Virus record (IMG/VR): IMGVR_UViG_3300005805_000463
Location: 1 to 24,793 of that record
Reading direction: 5' to 3' (one strand)
Length of the DNA stretch: 24,793 bases
From: a virus
Taxonomy: Duplodnaviria; Caudoviricetes
In this document: piece by piece, positions 6,848-16,758 of the stretch
Numbering within the stretch: the first letter of the stretch is position 1
Layout of the letters: every line of letters begins with the position of its first letter
Position numbers and translations under genes: made by a program
Notes under the pieces: model-generated
What the model was told of the DNA's origin: nothing
What the model saw: only the letters and a program-made list of their open reading frames with translations
Database searches by the model: none

Positions 6848-8088
6848 CAGTGCGCTCATATGAACCGGGTGATGTTAGAGTAAAGGACATCACGATCGTA
6901 TCCTCTAAGTCTATTGGTGCTCGAGCCTCTATACTCGATCAAGTTATTTCCGTCGATATATTTGAGGATATGAGTAAACCAACAATGTACGCTACAATTG
7001 TAATGTTGGATACATTGGGTTTATTGGAAAAGTTTCCAATTATGGGGGAAGAAGAGATAGAGATCACAATTAAGACACCGGGAATTTATATTCCCACAGA
7101 ATATAAATTTAGATGTTTTGAAGTAAGTAACATGCAACGTATCCCAAACGGTAAGGGAACGTCGTATACCCTGAGGTGCACGAGTATTGAACACCTTTTC
7201 AATGGGGGTAGTGTAGTTGGTGCAAGTTTTGATACGGTTATAAGCGATATGGTACCACATATCCTTAATCGTTATCTTTCATCTTCGAAGCCAGTCATAT
7301 GTGACCCGACAAGAGGGTCTCAACAAATCACAATTCCAAAGCTACCACCTTTCCAGGCAATTGATATGTTACGTCAACGTGCTATAAGCGCGCAGTATGT
7401 TTCTTCTTCATATGTATTTTTTGAAAATCAAGCGGGTTTCAACTTTAAGACAATTGAGGGGTTGTACAAAGATGGGCTGCCGCAAATAGGAGCACGTGTA
7501 TACAATATACAGGATAATCCCAATGCTGATGAGGCAGCAAGAACAAAAGAATTTCGAACCATAAAAAGTCATCAAATTATCAAAAGATCAGATAGTGTTC
7601 GGAAAACTACTCAAGGAGCTTTCAGATCGGTAACACGAGTTTTTGATATAGCAACAAAAAAATTTGAAACAATTAATTACGATGTAAAGAAATCATTTCC
7701 GATGTTTAGTACGGCAGCTGGAAAGTTAATGTCAAACACTGATGAGTACGTAGACCAGTTTGCCGGAATAACGCCTAGACAGTTTCTTGGTATCAGAGAT
7801 GGAAGCCGGCCAGATAATTTTATCACAGAAAATATAGGTGTTCGTAATTCATTTGTTGAGCTTATTAATGATGATTTGACTCGTATCCTAATTCACGGAG
7901 ATACAGGGTTAAAAACAGGAGATGTTATCCGTTTAGATCTACCTCGTATTGATGGATTAACAGCAAGGAGAACACCAGATCGATTGATGGCAGGAAATTA
8001 TCTTGTAGTACGACTACGTCACATGATTACATTGAGTGTGAAGGCTACACATGAGATGGTGATTGATTGTGTAAAGATGGGAGTGTAA
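6844..8088 (+). CDS. Baseplate hub protein (gp27-like)
   Basis: IFEDM, FPIMGEEEIEI, PFQAIDML, YVFFENQAGFNFKTIEGL, IHGDTGLKTGDVIRL and GNYLVVRLRH motifs. Sits between gp53 and gp5 with an ATGA overlap. Confidence 0.75.
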   Translation: MTVRSYEPGDVRVKDITIVSSKSIGARASILDQVISVDIFEDMSKPTMYATIVMLDTLGLLEKFPIMGEEEIEITIKTPGIYIPTEYKFRCFEVSNMQRIPNGKGTSYTLRCTSIEHLFNGGSVVGASFDTVISDMVPHILNRYLSSSKPVICDPTRGSQQITIPKLPPFQAIDMLRQRAISAQYVSSSYVFFENQAGFNFKTIEGLYKDGLPQIGARVYNIQDNPNADEAARTKEFRTIKSHQIIKRSDSVRKTTQGAFRSVTRVFDIATKKFETINYDVKKSFPMFSTAAGKLMSNTDEYVDQFAGITPRQFLGIRDGSRPDNFITENIGVRNSFVELINDDLTRILIHGDTGLKTGDVIRLDLPRIDGLTARRTPDRLMAGNYLVVRLRHMITLSVKATHEMVIDCVKMGV

Positions 8089-8089
8089 T

Positions 8090-8905
8090 ATGACGACGAA
8101 GGTGTGGGGCGTAGCAGGGTTTAGATGGTTTATTGGTGTTGTAGAAGACCGTGATGACCCCTTAAAAGCAGGTCGTGTCAGGGTCCGAGCGTATGGTGTA
8201 CACGATGAAGATAAAGTTCTTGTTCCTACATCTTCATTACCTTGGGCACCTGTTTTAATGCCTGGAACAAGTGCAAGCTTGAATGGTGTTGGTGTCTCTG
8301 CAACAGGATTGCTTATCGGTTCAACTGTCGTTGGTTTTTTTCTTGATGGAAATGAGATAACAATGCCTGTAGTATTTGGAGTCTTACCAGGAATTCAGGA
8401 TATGCCCGGACTAGCTGCTGGTAGACCAATAATAAATAAACAACGATTGGGTCCTGAGCCGGAGTCTCCCTTCAACGCTCAATATCCTTTTAATAAAGTT
8501 ACAACAACGGAATCGGGCCATGTATTTGAGGTGGATGATACACCGAATTTTGAGCGTATCCATACTTATCATCGTTCCGGAACCTACAGTGAAATTGATA
8601 CGGATGGAAATCAAGTAAACAAAATTGTTGGTAATGGATTTGAAATTGTTGAAAAAAATAAAACAGTTTTTATCAAGGGTAATCTTAACATTACCGTCAA
8701 TGAAGGACAAGTAAGAATTATATCACCATCTGTGAGGATTGATGGGGCACTAACAGTTAACGGTGAAACAACACTCAATGGTAGTCTTCGTGTTTCAGAA
8801 ACAATTGTAGCGTCGAAAGAGATTCTCGGTAAGGGCGTGAGTTTAGATGGTCATGTCCACAGCGGTGTTGCGGCAGGATCTGATTACTCAGGTCCACCGG
8901 GCTAA
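8090..8905 (+). CDS. gp5: Baseplate central spike gp5 (OB-fold plus beta-helix, no lysozyme domain, HxH apex)
   Basis: WFIGVVEDRDDPLKAGRVRVRAYGVH, LPWA, VVGFFLDG and YPFNKVTTTESGHVFEVDDTP..ERIHTYHRSGT motifs; C-terminus SLDGHVHSGVAAG. Confidence 0.92.
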   Translation: MTTKVWGVAGFRWFIGVVEDRDDPLKAGRVRVRAYGVHDEDKVLVPTSSLPWAPVLMPGTSASLNGVGVSATGLLIGSTVVGFFLDGNEITMPVVFGVLPGIQDMPGLAAGRPIINKQRLGPEPESPFNAQYPFNKVTTTESGHVFEVDDTPNFERIHTYHRSGTYSEIDTDGNQVNKIVGNGFEIVEKNKTVFIKGNLNITVNEGQVRIISPSVRIDGALTVNGETTLNGSLRVSETIVASKEILGKGVSLDGHVHSGVAAGSDYSGPPG

Positions 8906-8917
8906 AAGAGGAAATTT

Positions 8918-9346
8918 ATGGCACTAGTACAGCGTAGAGCAGCGGTAACACCACTAATAACACAGCCTGAGTTTTTTTCCGATTTTACTTCTGATTTTGA
9001 GATTGGAGATGTTAGGAAGGACATGGTGCGGCTTACAAACGAGGAAGCTGTAAAATCATCAATACGTAATCTACTATTAACCAACAGAGGTGACAGGTTA
9101 TTTAATCCCACGTTAGGTAGTGATATACGCAGTCTCATGTTTGAGAACGCAAGCCCAGTACAGGAGCAGTTGTTAGTTGAATACATAACAAAAACAATAG
9201 AAAATTATGAGCCACGTGCCAATCTACTCAGTGTTCAGGTCAACACGGAAATAGATCAGCATGCAGTGTATGCGACAATTGCTTTTAGCATAATAAATAA
9301 ACAAGAACCTGTGGTTTTTGATCTCATTTTAAATAGGATTCGATAA
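8918..9346 (+). CDS. gp25: Baseplate wedge subunit gp25 (sheath initiator)
   Basis: NEEAVKSSIRNLLLTNRGDRLFNPTLGS and IENYEPRA motifs; GAGG RBS upstream. Confidence 0.95.
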   Translation: MALVQRRAAVTPLITQPEFFSDFTSDFEIGDVRKDMVRLTNEEAVKSSIRNLLLTNRGDRLFNPTLGSDIRSLMFENASPVQEQLLVEYITKTIENYEPRANLLSVQVNTEIDQHAVYATIAFSIINKQEPVVFDLILNRIR

Positions 9347-11137
9347 ATGGCCAACACAAATATAGACTTAGTTGGTTTAGATTTCACAAGTCTAAAAAGC
9401 AATCTAGTTACATTCTTAAAAAACAATACATCTTTTAAAGATCTCAACTATGAGGGATCGAACATTAATGTACTATTGGATGTAATGGCCTACAATGCAT
9501 ACCTAAATGCATTCTACACAAACATGGTTGCTAGTGAGATGTTTCTTGATACAGCGCAACTAAGAGATAGTATTGTTTCTCATGCTAAGGAACTAAATTA
9601 CGTCCCGCGCTCATTTGTTTCTGCTAAGGCTACTGTAAATGTTGCAATAACTCCCACAACGTCTATTAACACGTTACTAATTCCAAAGTACACATCCTTT
9701 ACTTCACGTGTTGGATCAAACACGTATACGTTTGTTACAAACGACTCACAGGTAGTAACCTCAGCAAGCGGTGGTGTGTTTACAAAAACTCTTGACATTT
9801 ATGAAGGAATGGTGAGAACAGAGACGTTTGTAATGAATTATGCTAATTCAGCTCAACGTTTCGTTATATCAAACTCTACAGCAGATACATCCTCTTTTGA
9901 TGTTACGGTTTATGAGGATGGTGGTCAAACAATTCAATCTTACACACTCGGATCACAACTTTATGATGTAACAAACACCTCGAAAATCTACTTTGTCCAA
10001 CCAGCGCAAAACCAGCAGTATGAGCTAATCTTCGGTGACAATGTCTTTGGTCGTAAACCGAAAGATGGATCAACAATCGTTGTTCGTTATCGTGCAACAT
10101 CGGGTGAGCTCCCTAACGGTGCTACGACGTTCTCCGCTGATGGACCAATAGATGGACATACAAATGTGGTGGTGACAACAGTTACTACAGCAACAGGTGG
10201 TGCTGTAAGTGAAACGAATGAATCTATTAGATACAATGCACCACGAGCATTTCAGGCACAGAATCGTGCTGTAACAGCGTCTGATTATGAAACGCTTCTC
10301 AAAAACCAGTTTTCTGATATAAGAGCAATAAGTGTTTTTGGTGGTGAGGAGGCATCTCCTCCTCGTTACGGAAGAGTGTATGTTTCCGTTGACGTTGCAG
10401 ATGCGGACGGTGCACCGGAGATTCGTAAAAAGGCATATCTTGATTACATTAAAGATAAATCACCGTTGACAATTCAAGTTGAATTTATTGATCCAAGTTT
10501 CCTTTATGTTGAAGTGAACAGCACCGTCTACTTCAATTCAAACGAAACAAGTAAAAAAACTTCAGACATAGAAACTATAGTCAAGGGCGCTATCAGTACG
10601 TTCAATACAATCAATCTATCAGATTTCAAAAAGACGTTGTTTTATAGCACGTTAGTAAAAGCGATAGATGATTCGGAAACAAGCATTATTGGCAATGACA
10701 CGGAACTTACGTTAATAAAACGAATAACACCAACATTGAATACAGACTATGCATTTTCTGTTAGCGTGGATAATGTGCTGCAAACGGAAATGGGTAAGAA
10801 GCTTTCAGCGTCGGAGGCACACTATGGCCACACGTTGACAAGTTCTTCATTCACCTACGATGGTGTTCGTTGCCAGTTAATTGATGACTCATTGGGTAGT
10901 GTTTTTATTGCTGTTGAAGAAGCAGATACTATTCGAGTAATACGTAGGGTTGGTACATTAGATTATCAGACAGGGGTGTTGACAGTAGAGTCATCGTTTA
11001 ATGTTAGCAGCTATGAAGGTAATTACATTGAGTTAAAGTTTAAAACAGCGTCAAAAAATATTGAAAGCAAGACAAATACAATCCTTGCTATTGACTCATT
11101 AGATGTTAGTGTGGCAGCAGTTGGTGTCAAGCAATGA
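9347..11137 (+). CDS. gp6: Baseplate wedge subunit gp6
   Basis: LDFTSLKSNL, YEGSNINVLLDVMAYN, EMFLDTAQLRDSIVSHAKELNYVPRS, YELIFGDNVFG, QNRAVTASDY and GGEEASPPRYGRVY motifs. Confidence 0.96.
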   Translation: MANTNIDLVGLDFTSLKSNLVTFLKNNTSFKDLNYEGSNINVLLDVMAYNAYLNAFYTNMVASEMFLDTAQLRDSIVSHAKELNYVPRSFVSAKATVNVAITPTTSINTLLIPKYTSFTSRVGSNTYTFVTNDSQVVTSASGGVFTKTLDIYEGMVRTETFVMNYANSAQRFVISNSTADTSSFDVTVYEDGGQTIQSYTLGSQLYDVTNTSKIYFVQPAQNQQYELIFGDNVFGRKPKDGSTIVVRYRATSGELPNGATTFSADGPIDGHTNVVVTTVTTATGGAVSETNESIRYNAPRAFQAQNRAVTASDYETLLKNQFSDIRAISVFGGEEASPPRYGRVYVSVDVADADGAPEIRKKAYLDYIKDKSPLTIQVEFIDPSFLYVEVNSTVYFNSNETSKKTSDIETIVKGAISTFNTINLSDFKKTLFYSTLVKAIDDSETSIIGNDTELTLIKRITPTLNTDYAFSVSVDNVLQTEMGKKLSASEAHYGHTLTSSSFTYDGVRCQLIDDSLGSVFIAVEEADTIRVIRRVGTLDYQTGVLTVESSFNVSSYEGNYIELKFKTASKNIESKTNTILAIDSLDVSVAAVGVKQ

Positions 11138-14100
11138 AACAAATAGAAGAGTTAATTTTTCCTCTTGTTGAGTCACATTTTCCTGAATTTTACAGGGATG
11201 AGGGTCCTCGTTTTGTCGATTTTGTCAAAGAGTATTACAGATGGATGAACACCGAAGGTGAGGCCATTGGAGCATCGCGTAACCTGCTTGATTATAGAAA
11301 TATTGATTCAACATCAGAAGAGTATATCAAATATTTTAAGAACAAGTACTTTGCAGGTATTCCAATTTCATCGGAGGCAAATACAAGGTTCATGATAAAG
11401 CACGCAAGTGATTGGTACAAATCAAAAGGTACCGAACAGGGTGTGCAACTAGTAATTCAAGGTCTCTTTAACCAGGAATCCTCGCTTTATTTTCCTGGCG
11501 AAGATCTTTTTAAACCATCTGATGGTACGTGGGTAAAACCTGTGTACCTCGAGTTGAGTGTTTCAGAACGTACAAAGCAGTTTGTTGGTAAAGAAATTGT
11601 TGGTACGCAGACGGGTGCAAAGGCATTCTTAGAAAGTTTAGTAAACAGAAGAATTAATGGAAAGTTTATTAACGTCGCATATCTGGGTAATGTGAGAGGT
11701 GAATTTAACATTGGGGAATTGATTACAACAACAGCGAATACTTCTGTTGTCGATTCACCAGCAGTTATTGGATCAATGTCAAGTCTCACTGTTGTTACCG
11801 GTGGAGCAAATTTTGCTATCGGTGATATATTTGATGTTGTTTCGTCAAACGGTAAGCAAGGAAAAGCAAGGGTTACAGCTGTTTCAAGTGAAACGGGAAA
11901 AGTGACTTTTACGTATATTGATGCATTGACAAGTGGTGGTTGGGGATATAGTTTAGCACATGCAAATGTAATTGTATCTGCAAAAACACTGACTTTGCAA
12001 GATATTTTAAATGCAAACGCAGATATAACAACATTTAGTCTATTTGAGCAAGTACAACAGCCGCTAGCAAATGTAGGATATTCAACAGCTCGTGGAAACA
12101 ATTTTTATTTCACAGCTAGTAATATTGTTGAAAACTTCAATGCTGATGGTACTGTCAACGCTCAAGCAACAATTGTAACTTCTTCACAGACAAATACAAC
12201 AGTGGGATATATTGTTGTTGCACCTATATCAGGTAACCTATCTGCTGTTGATACCACGTTTGCAGTTCGTTCAGCAAACGCAGCGAATACAACATTCAAT
12301 GCTTCTTTAGTTGGAACATCGTTTAATACATACACCGCTACAAGTTATACAAGTTCGTATACAGGAGTGTATACAGGTGACTTTGTAGCCTCTTACACAG
12401 TACCATTTACAGGATCGTTTACTGATCAATTCTCTGGTGCATATACTGGCACATGGACGCGTGTTATTGGATCGAACATCTATACCGGTGAGTATACATC
12501 AGCATGGACAAGTGTTTACAGCGGAACGTTCACCTCTGTCTTTAATGGTGCGGCTTCATCGAGCTTCTCAAGATCATTTGTTGGATATTATGTAGACAAC
12601 CCATACACAAATCAGGCTTACACAAGTGGATTGTTCACAGGTGCGTTTACTCAAGCAGGTTTTGTTGGTGGATATGGGTCAACAACATATACCTCACTTC
12701 CAGGTCCAGGAGTTACCACTTTTACCGGTGGTTTTACAGGTGCATACACACCTTCTTATACATCAACCTACACTCGACAATTTACGTCCAGTTATACATC
12801 GGTGTATGCAAGTTCATGGGTACCAGGTTTCACGGGTACTTTTTCTCCTATCTTTACTGGTAGTTTCAGCGGATCCTATAATATAAGTTTCTCTGCAATT
12901 TATTCTGGGCTATACGTGGGTGCTTTTAGTAAACAGTTTACAGCAGCTTATACCAACACGTTTTCTTCAACGTTTACAGGCGCTTATCAGAGTACTTTTG
13001 CGGCTGCTTACACAGGATCATATACAAACGCAACGAGAATAAACACCGTATCCCCACATCCGTTCAGTAACGGTGATTTGGTTCGTTACGAGGTATCAAC
13101 GGGTAACACAATAATCACACAACTTTCTGCTGGTGCAGCATACTTTGTTGTGAATGCAATATCAGGTTCAACATCACTATCACTGGCAAACACAAGTAAT
13201 GGTACACCAATCAGCTTGACAGCTGGTTCAAATGAAACAGGACATAGGTTAATTAAGACGCTTGGAACAGCTGTAATCACAAGTTATGCTGATCGTACAG
13301 CATCAGCAAATGTAAATGGATCAAATACAACGTTTGTCACTTACAGTTTTAATGCATTGACAGGTGTGGCAAATGTATCAGATGTTATTACAACTACAAC
13401 ACCTCACGGCCTAGCAAACAATTCTATCGTTCGTTATGTTGTAGATGCAGGGAACACAGCAATATCCGGTCTTGTTGATAAAAATGAGTATTATGTGGTT
13501 AATACAACATCCAGCGCTCTTCAGCTCGCATTGACAAGAGATGGATCACCAATAGGTATTACAGCTGGAGCAAATCAAACAGGACACCACCTTGTATATG
13601 AAACGGGTTTCCTTGGTGTTGTAGATATTTCTGCAAATGGTTTTATTGCAACACCATATGCTAATATTATTGGTCAAACAACAAACACACACGCAACCGT
13701 TGCAAACGTTAGTACCGGTACAGGTGCAAATTTCGAGATTGGTTTTCTAACTGATACGGAAACTGTGTTCTTGACACCGGATTTTCTAAGTAGCAAAAAT
13801 ACAGGCAATGTGGAGTTTCACGCTGTTCGTCTTGATCACTCAAATTCAAATGCTGCAGGTCTTGGTTTTGCTAAGTTTCCTGGTGCTACAATCAATACTA
13901 TTCTTCTTGATGCGTTGAGATTTGATGCAACCACAATAGGATCTATCGCTTCAATCACATCTATCAATCCAGGGTCTGATTATAACGTTACTCCTTTTGT
14001 AACAGTTGTGGACACATATGTTGTGGGGTACGACAGACATGATTACACCATGAGAATTGCTAATGCTGTGGGATCGTTTGTTGATGGCGAACAAATCCAA

Positions 14101-14976
14101 CAAACATATGATCTACCTGCAACACAAATGACTGTGAATACCTTCTCAGGCACATATGCAAACGGAACATCAGCGACGACGTTTGTACTGGGAGAATTTG
14201 TGTATCAGTCTAACTCAACAACAAACGTTGTTGCATCGGGTTACGTGTTAGAAGCTGGTATCTCAGCTGGTTCAGGTACTGTGAAATTAGCTAATGTGAC
14301 GGGTACATTTGTTGTAACGACAAGTTCAACAAACCTACTGAAGGGTCTCTCCTCAGGTTCAACGTCTAATGTACAGGCAGCAAGTTTAACAACTACAGCA
14401 ACGACTGCTCGAGCGTTTGTTAAGCCAGGATCAAACACATCGACGCTTCTGTTGAAACGTATCAACCTTGAGAACACTTTCCTTTCAAACACATCTATTG
14501 TTGGAAGAACATCAGGATCAACAGCAAATGTTGTGTCTGTCGATCAAGATACAAACACTCTTCCAATAGGTTTGAATGCAGATATATCTGCAAATGTTCA
14601 AACAGCAAACAATGTTGTTAACAGACTGTCTGTATATGATTCTGGTTTTGGGTACATTGATCGAGAAACTGTAACACTAACAAAACAAGGCTCCAATTTC
14701 ACTGTCACAGCAATAGCAGAACTACAAAAACAAGGAGAGGGAGCCGGCTTTTATTCTACAACACGAAGCTTCTTGGATGACGACAAGAAGATTCAAGATA
14801 ACGAATACTATCAAGAATATAGTTATGAGGTTCAAACAAAGATACCGCTTGAAAAATATTTTGACGTTCTGAAACAAGTTACACATGTGGCGGGAACAAA
14901 AATATTTGGTAAAGTCAATTTTATCTCCACAGCCAACGTTACAATGACAGTAATAAATAGCATAGAAATTTCTTGA
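11134..14976 (+). CDS. gp7: Baseplate wedge initiator gp7-like protein with large inserted beta modules and a tetrad repeat
   Basis: N-terminal FPEFYRDEGPRFVDFVKEYYRW, YKSKGT and LFKPSDGTW; C-terminal KIQDNEYYQEYSYEV..LKQVTHVAGTKIFG. Between gp6 and gp8 with an ATGA overlap. Confidence 0.85.
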   Translation: MKQIEELIFPLVESHFPEFYRDEGPRFVDFVKEYYRWMNTEGEAIGASRNLLDYRNIDSTSEEYIKYFKNKYFAGIPISSEANTRFMIKHASDWYKSKGTEQGVQLVIQGLFNQESSLYFPGEDLFKPSDGTWVKPVYLELSVSERTKQFVGKEIVGTQTGAKAFLESLVNRRINGKFINVAYLGNVRGEFNIGELITTTANTSVVDSPAVIGSMSSLTVVTGGANFAIGDIFDVVSSNGKQGKARVTAVSSETGKVTFTYIDALTSGGWGYSLAHANVIVSAKTLTLQDILNANADITTFSLFEQVQQPLANVGYSTARGNNFYFTASNIVENFNADGTVNAQATIVTSSQTNTTVGYIVVAPISGNLSAVDTTFAVRSANAANTTFNASLVGTSFNTYTATSYTSSYTGVYTGDFVASYTVPFTGSFTDQFSGAYTGTWTRVIGSNIYTGEYTSAWTSVYSGTFTSVFNGAASSSFSRSFVGYYVDNPYTNQAYTSGLFTGAFTQAGFVGGYGSTTYTSLPGPGVTTFTGGFTGAYTPSYTSTYTRQFTSSYTSVYASSWVPGFTGTFSPIFTGSFSGSYNISFSAIYSGLYVGAFSKQFTAAYTNTFSSTFTGAYQSTFAAAYTGSYTNATRINTVSPHPFSNGDLVRYEVSTGNTIITQLSAGAAYFVVNAISGSTSLSLANTSNGTPISLTAGSNETGHRLIKTLGTAVITSYADRTASANVNGSNTTFVTYSFNALTGVANVSDVITTTTPHGLANNSIVRYVVDAGNTAISGLVDKNEYYVVNTTSSALQLALTRDGSPIGITAGANQTGHHLVYETGFLGVVDISANGFIATPYANIIGQTTNTHATVANVSTGTGANFEIGFLTDTETVFLTPDFLSSKNTGNVEFHAVRLDHSNSNAAGLGFAKFPGATINTILLDALRFDATTIGSIASITSINPGSDYNVTPFVTVVDTYVVGYDRHDYTMRIANAVGSFVDGEQIQQTYDLPATQMTVNTFSGTYANGTSATTFVLGEFVYQSNSTTNVVASGYVLEAGISAGSGTVKLANVTGTFVVTTSSTNLLKGLSSGSTSNVQAASLTTTATTARAFVKPGSNTSTLLLKRINLENTFLSNTSIVGRTSGSTANVVSVDQDTNTLPIGLNADISANVQTANNVVNRLSVYDSGFGYIDRETVTLTKQGSNFTVTAIAELQKQGEGAGFYSTTRSFLDDDKKIQDNEYYQEYSYEVQTKIPLEKYFDVLKQVTHVAGTKIFGKVNFISTANVTMTVINSIEIS
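12322..13032 (+). repeat. Protein-level [F/Y/W]-[T/S]-x-x tetrapeptide repeat (237 aa) inside gp7
   Basis: YTSS YTGV YTGD FVAS ... then 26 uninterrupted tetrads FTGG..YTNA at 12721-13032. Degenerate at DNA level. Confidence 0.9.
14952..14959 (+). promoter_or_regulatory. Possible late promoter variant AATAAATA upstream of gp8
   Basis: 7/8 match to TATAAATA, ending 25 nt before ATG 14985. AT-rich context makes a chance match possible. Confidence 0.3.
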
Positions 14977-14984
14977 GAACAATT

Positions 14985-16748
14985 ATGTCAACACAGCTAA
15001 TCACAAATTACTTTCGTCTTCACAACGTAAATCAATTTAAAGAATCGATAAGCGAGACAGCAAATAGTGTATACTACGTATTTGCTGCACGCCATACGCA
15101 GTATACAGGTGGAGACTCTGTTGTACCCTCACTAACAAACACATTAGAAAATACCCTCTCTACTCCCTACGAGGAAATGGTGTTTGGTAAGAGGGTAACT
15201 CCAAGTGATGTGGCCGTAATGATACCGAGATATAACTGGACATCAAACACTGTTTACAGCGCGTATAGAAGTAACGAGGATCTTTCTAACAAACAATACT
15301 ATGTTGCTGTCAATGGTGGATCAACACGTCATGTTTTTAAATGTTTGGATAACAATGGAAATGTAGTCTCGGTGAATGCGCCCGATGTTACGCAAACGTC
15401 TGCTAACGATGAATACTACGCAACTGCTGATGGATATCAGTGGAAATATATGTACTCAATTACCTCTTCAACGTTTAATAAATTTGCTACTGATACGTAC
15501 ATGCCCGTGATCGCAAACACAATGGTGACGGGAAATGCGGTTGCAGGAGCAATAGACGTTGTTACGGTATCTTACCGTGGATCTAACTATAATACATTTT
15601 TAAGTAACACATTCATATCCTCTGACTTACGTATTGGTGGTGATACAACAAAATATAATATAGCAAACAATGCATCGTCTTCAAATAGTTTTTATGTTGG
15701 TAGCTACTTGTATCTAACTTCAGGTACAGGAGCAGGTCAAGGTCGTAGAATTGGTGATTATACAGTTATAGGTAATTCAAAAACTGTAACCTTAACTTCA
15801 GCGTTTATAACAGCACCCGACTCAACAACGGTGTACGAAATCACTCCTAGCGTTGTTATACAAGGTGACGGTGACGATGCAGAAGCGCGTGCAATTGTCA
15901 ACACAGCGCAGTCAAATACGATTGCAAGAATAGAAATCATTAACCGTGGTCGTAACTATACGTGGGCAACTGCAACTGTTCAAGGTAACACAGGTGGCGT
16001 TTCCAATGCAGCTATCCTGAGAGTGGACCTTGGACCAAAGGGTGGCCATGGTGCAAACCCTGAGTATGAGCTGGGTGGTAGTTCGTTATGTGTAAGTGTC
16101 ACGTTTGCTAACAACGAAACTGGAACCATTCCAGCAACAAATGATTATAGATCGATTGGTATCATAAAAGATCCTCTTTTTGCAAATGTTGTGTTAACTG
16201 TTGGATCGCTGTCTGGCACGTACTCTGTCGGTGAGAGCGTTACACAGGCAACAAGTAACGCATCCGGTGTTGTTGCAGAGTGGGATACTATTAACACGTT
16301 AACATTGACAAATGTCAGTGGTATCTTTATAACAGGTGAAGTTATTACTGGTAATACATCTAATGCATCAAGCAACTTGATCTCTTATCAAATAAACGGT
16401 CAGAATAAAAACTTTAATACGTTTGACCAACGTACAAGATACACCTTCTTACCTTTGTCGGGAACATTCATTCCTGATGAGGTGGTTTATCAAACAGATC
16501 CTCAGTTTGCAAATGCTATTTTCCACAGTAACACAAGTTCTAATCTCCATGTTACTCATGTAAGAGGTGTGCTAAATACAGGAAACACATTGATTGGTCA
16601 GAATTCGGGAGCAACAGCAAATCTATTGTTTGCCTATCCACCAGATATTGTTCGTAATTCGGGTGAGGTTATATACTTTGAAAACGAAAGTCCTATCTCT
16701 CGTTCCAATTCACAATCCGAAACAATCAAAGTAATTTTGCAGTTTTAA
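14985..16748 (+). CDS. gp8: Baseplate wedge subunit gp8-like
   Basis: LITNYFRLHNVNQFKESI, YYVFAAR, MVFGKRV, IPRYNWTS, VFKCLDNN, DGYQWKYMYSI, GGHGANPEYELG, NDYRSIGIIKDP and SGEVIYFENESPISRS..QSETIKVILQF motifs. ATG 14985 preferred over TTG 14973. Confidence 0.9.
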   Translation: MSTQLITNYFRLHNVNQFKESISETANSVYYVFAARHTQYTGGDSVVPSLTNTLENTLSTPYEEMVFGKRVTPSDVAVMIPRYNWTSNTVYSAYRSNEDLSNKQYYVAVNGGSTRHVFKCLDNNGNVVSVNAPDVTQTSANDEYYATADGYQWKYMYSITSSTFNKFATDTYMPVIANTMVTGNAVAGAIDVVTVSYRGSNYNTFLSNTFISSDLRIGGDTTKYNIANNASSSNSFYVGSYLYLTSGTGAGQGRRIGDYTVIGNSKTVTLTSAFITAPDSTTVYEITPSVVIQGDGDDAEARAIVNTAQSNTIARIEIINRGRNYTWATATVQGNTGGVSNAAILRVDLGPKGGHGANPEYELGGSSLCVSVTFANNETGTIPATNDYRSIGIIKDPLFANVVLTVGSLSGTYSVGESVTQATSNASGVVAEWDTINTLTLTNVSGIFITGEVITGNTSNASSNLISYQINGQNKNFNTFDQRTRYTFLPLSGTFIPDEVVYQTDPQFANAIFHSNTSSNLHVTHVRGVLNTGNTLIGQNSGATANLLFAYPPDIVRNSGEVIYFENESPISRSNSQSETIKVILQF

Positions 16749-16758
16749 GAGATAACAA

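Noticed and set aside
9292-9299. AATAAATA inside gp25 and other (A/C)TAAATA matches within genes (e.g. 8431, 23764)
   Set aside because: These are imperfect matches inside AT-rich coding sequence, expected by chance without TSS data.
12322-13032. CRISPR array, DGR template/variable repeat or DNA tandem repeat explanation for the periodic region
   Set aside because: Periodicity is at the amino-acid level only. I saw no identical DNA repeats with spacers, no adenine-specific repeat pair and no reverse transcriptase in the window.
2163-16748. Bacterial contractile injection system (T6SS/eCIS/tailocin) interpretation
   Set aside because: Presence of gp2 DNA end protector, gp4 head completion, T4-type gp6/7/8 and a T4 late promoter indicates a true DNA-packaging T4-like phage.
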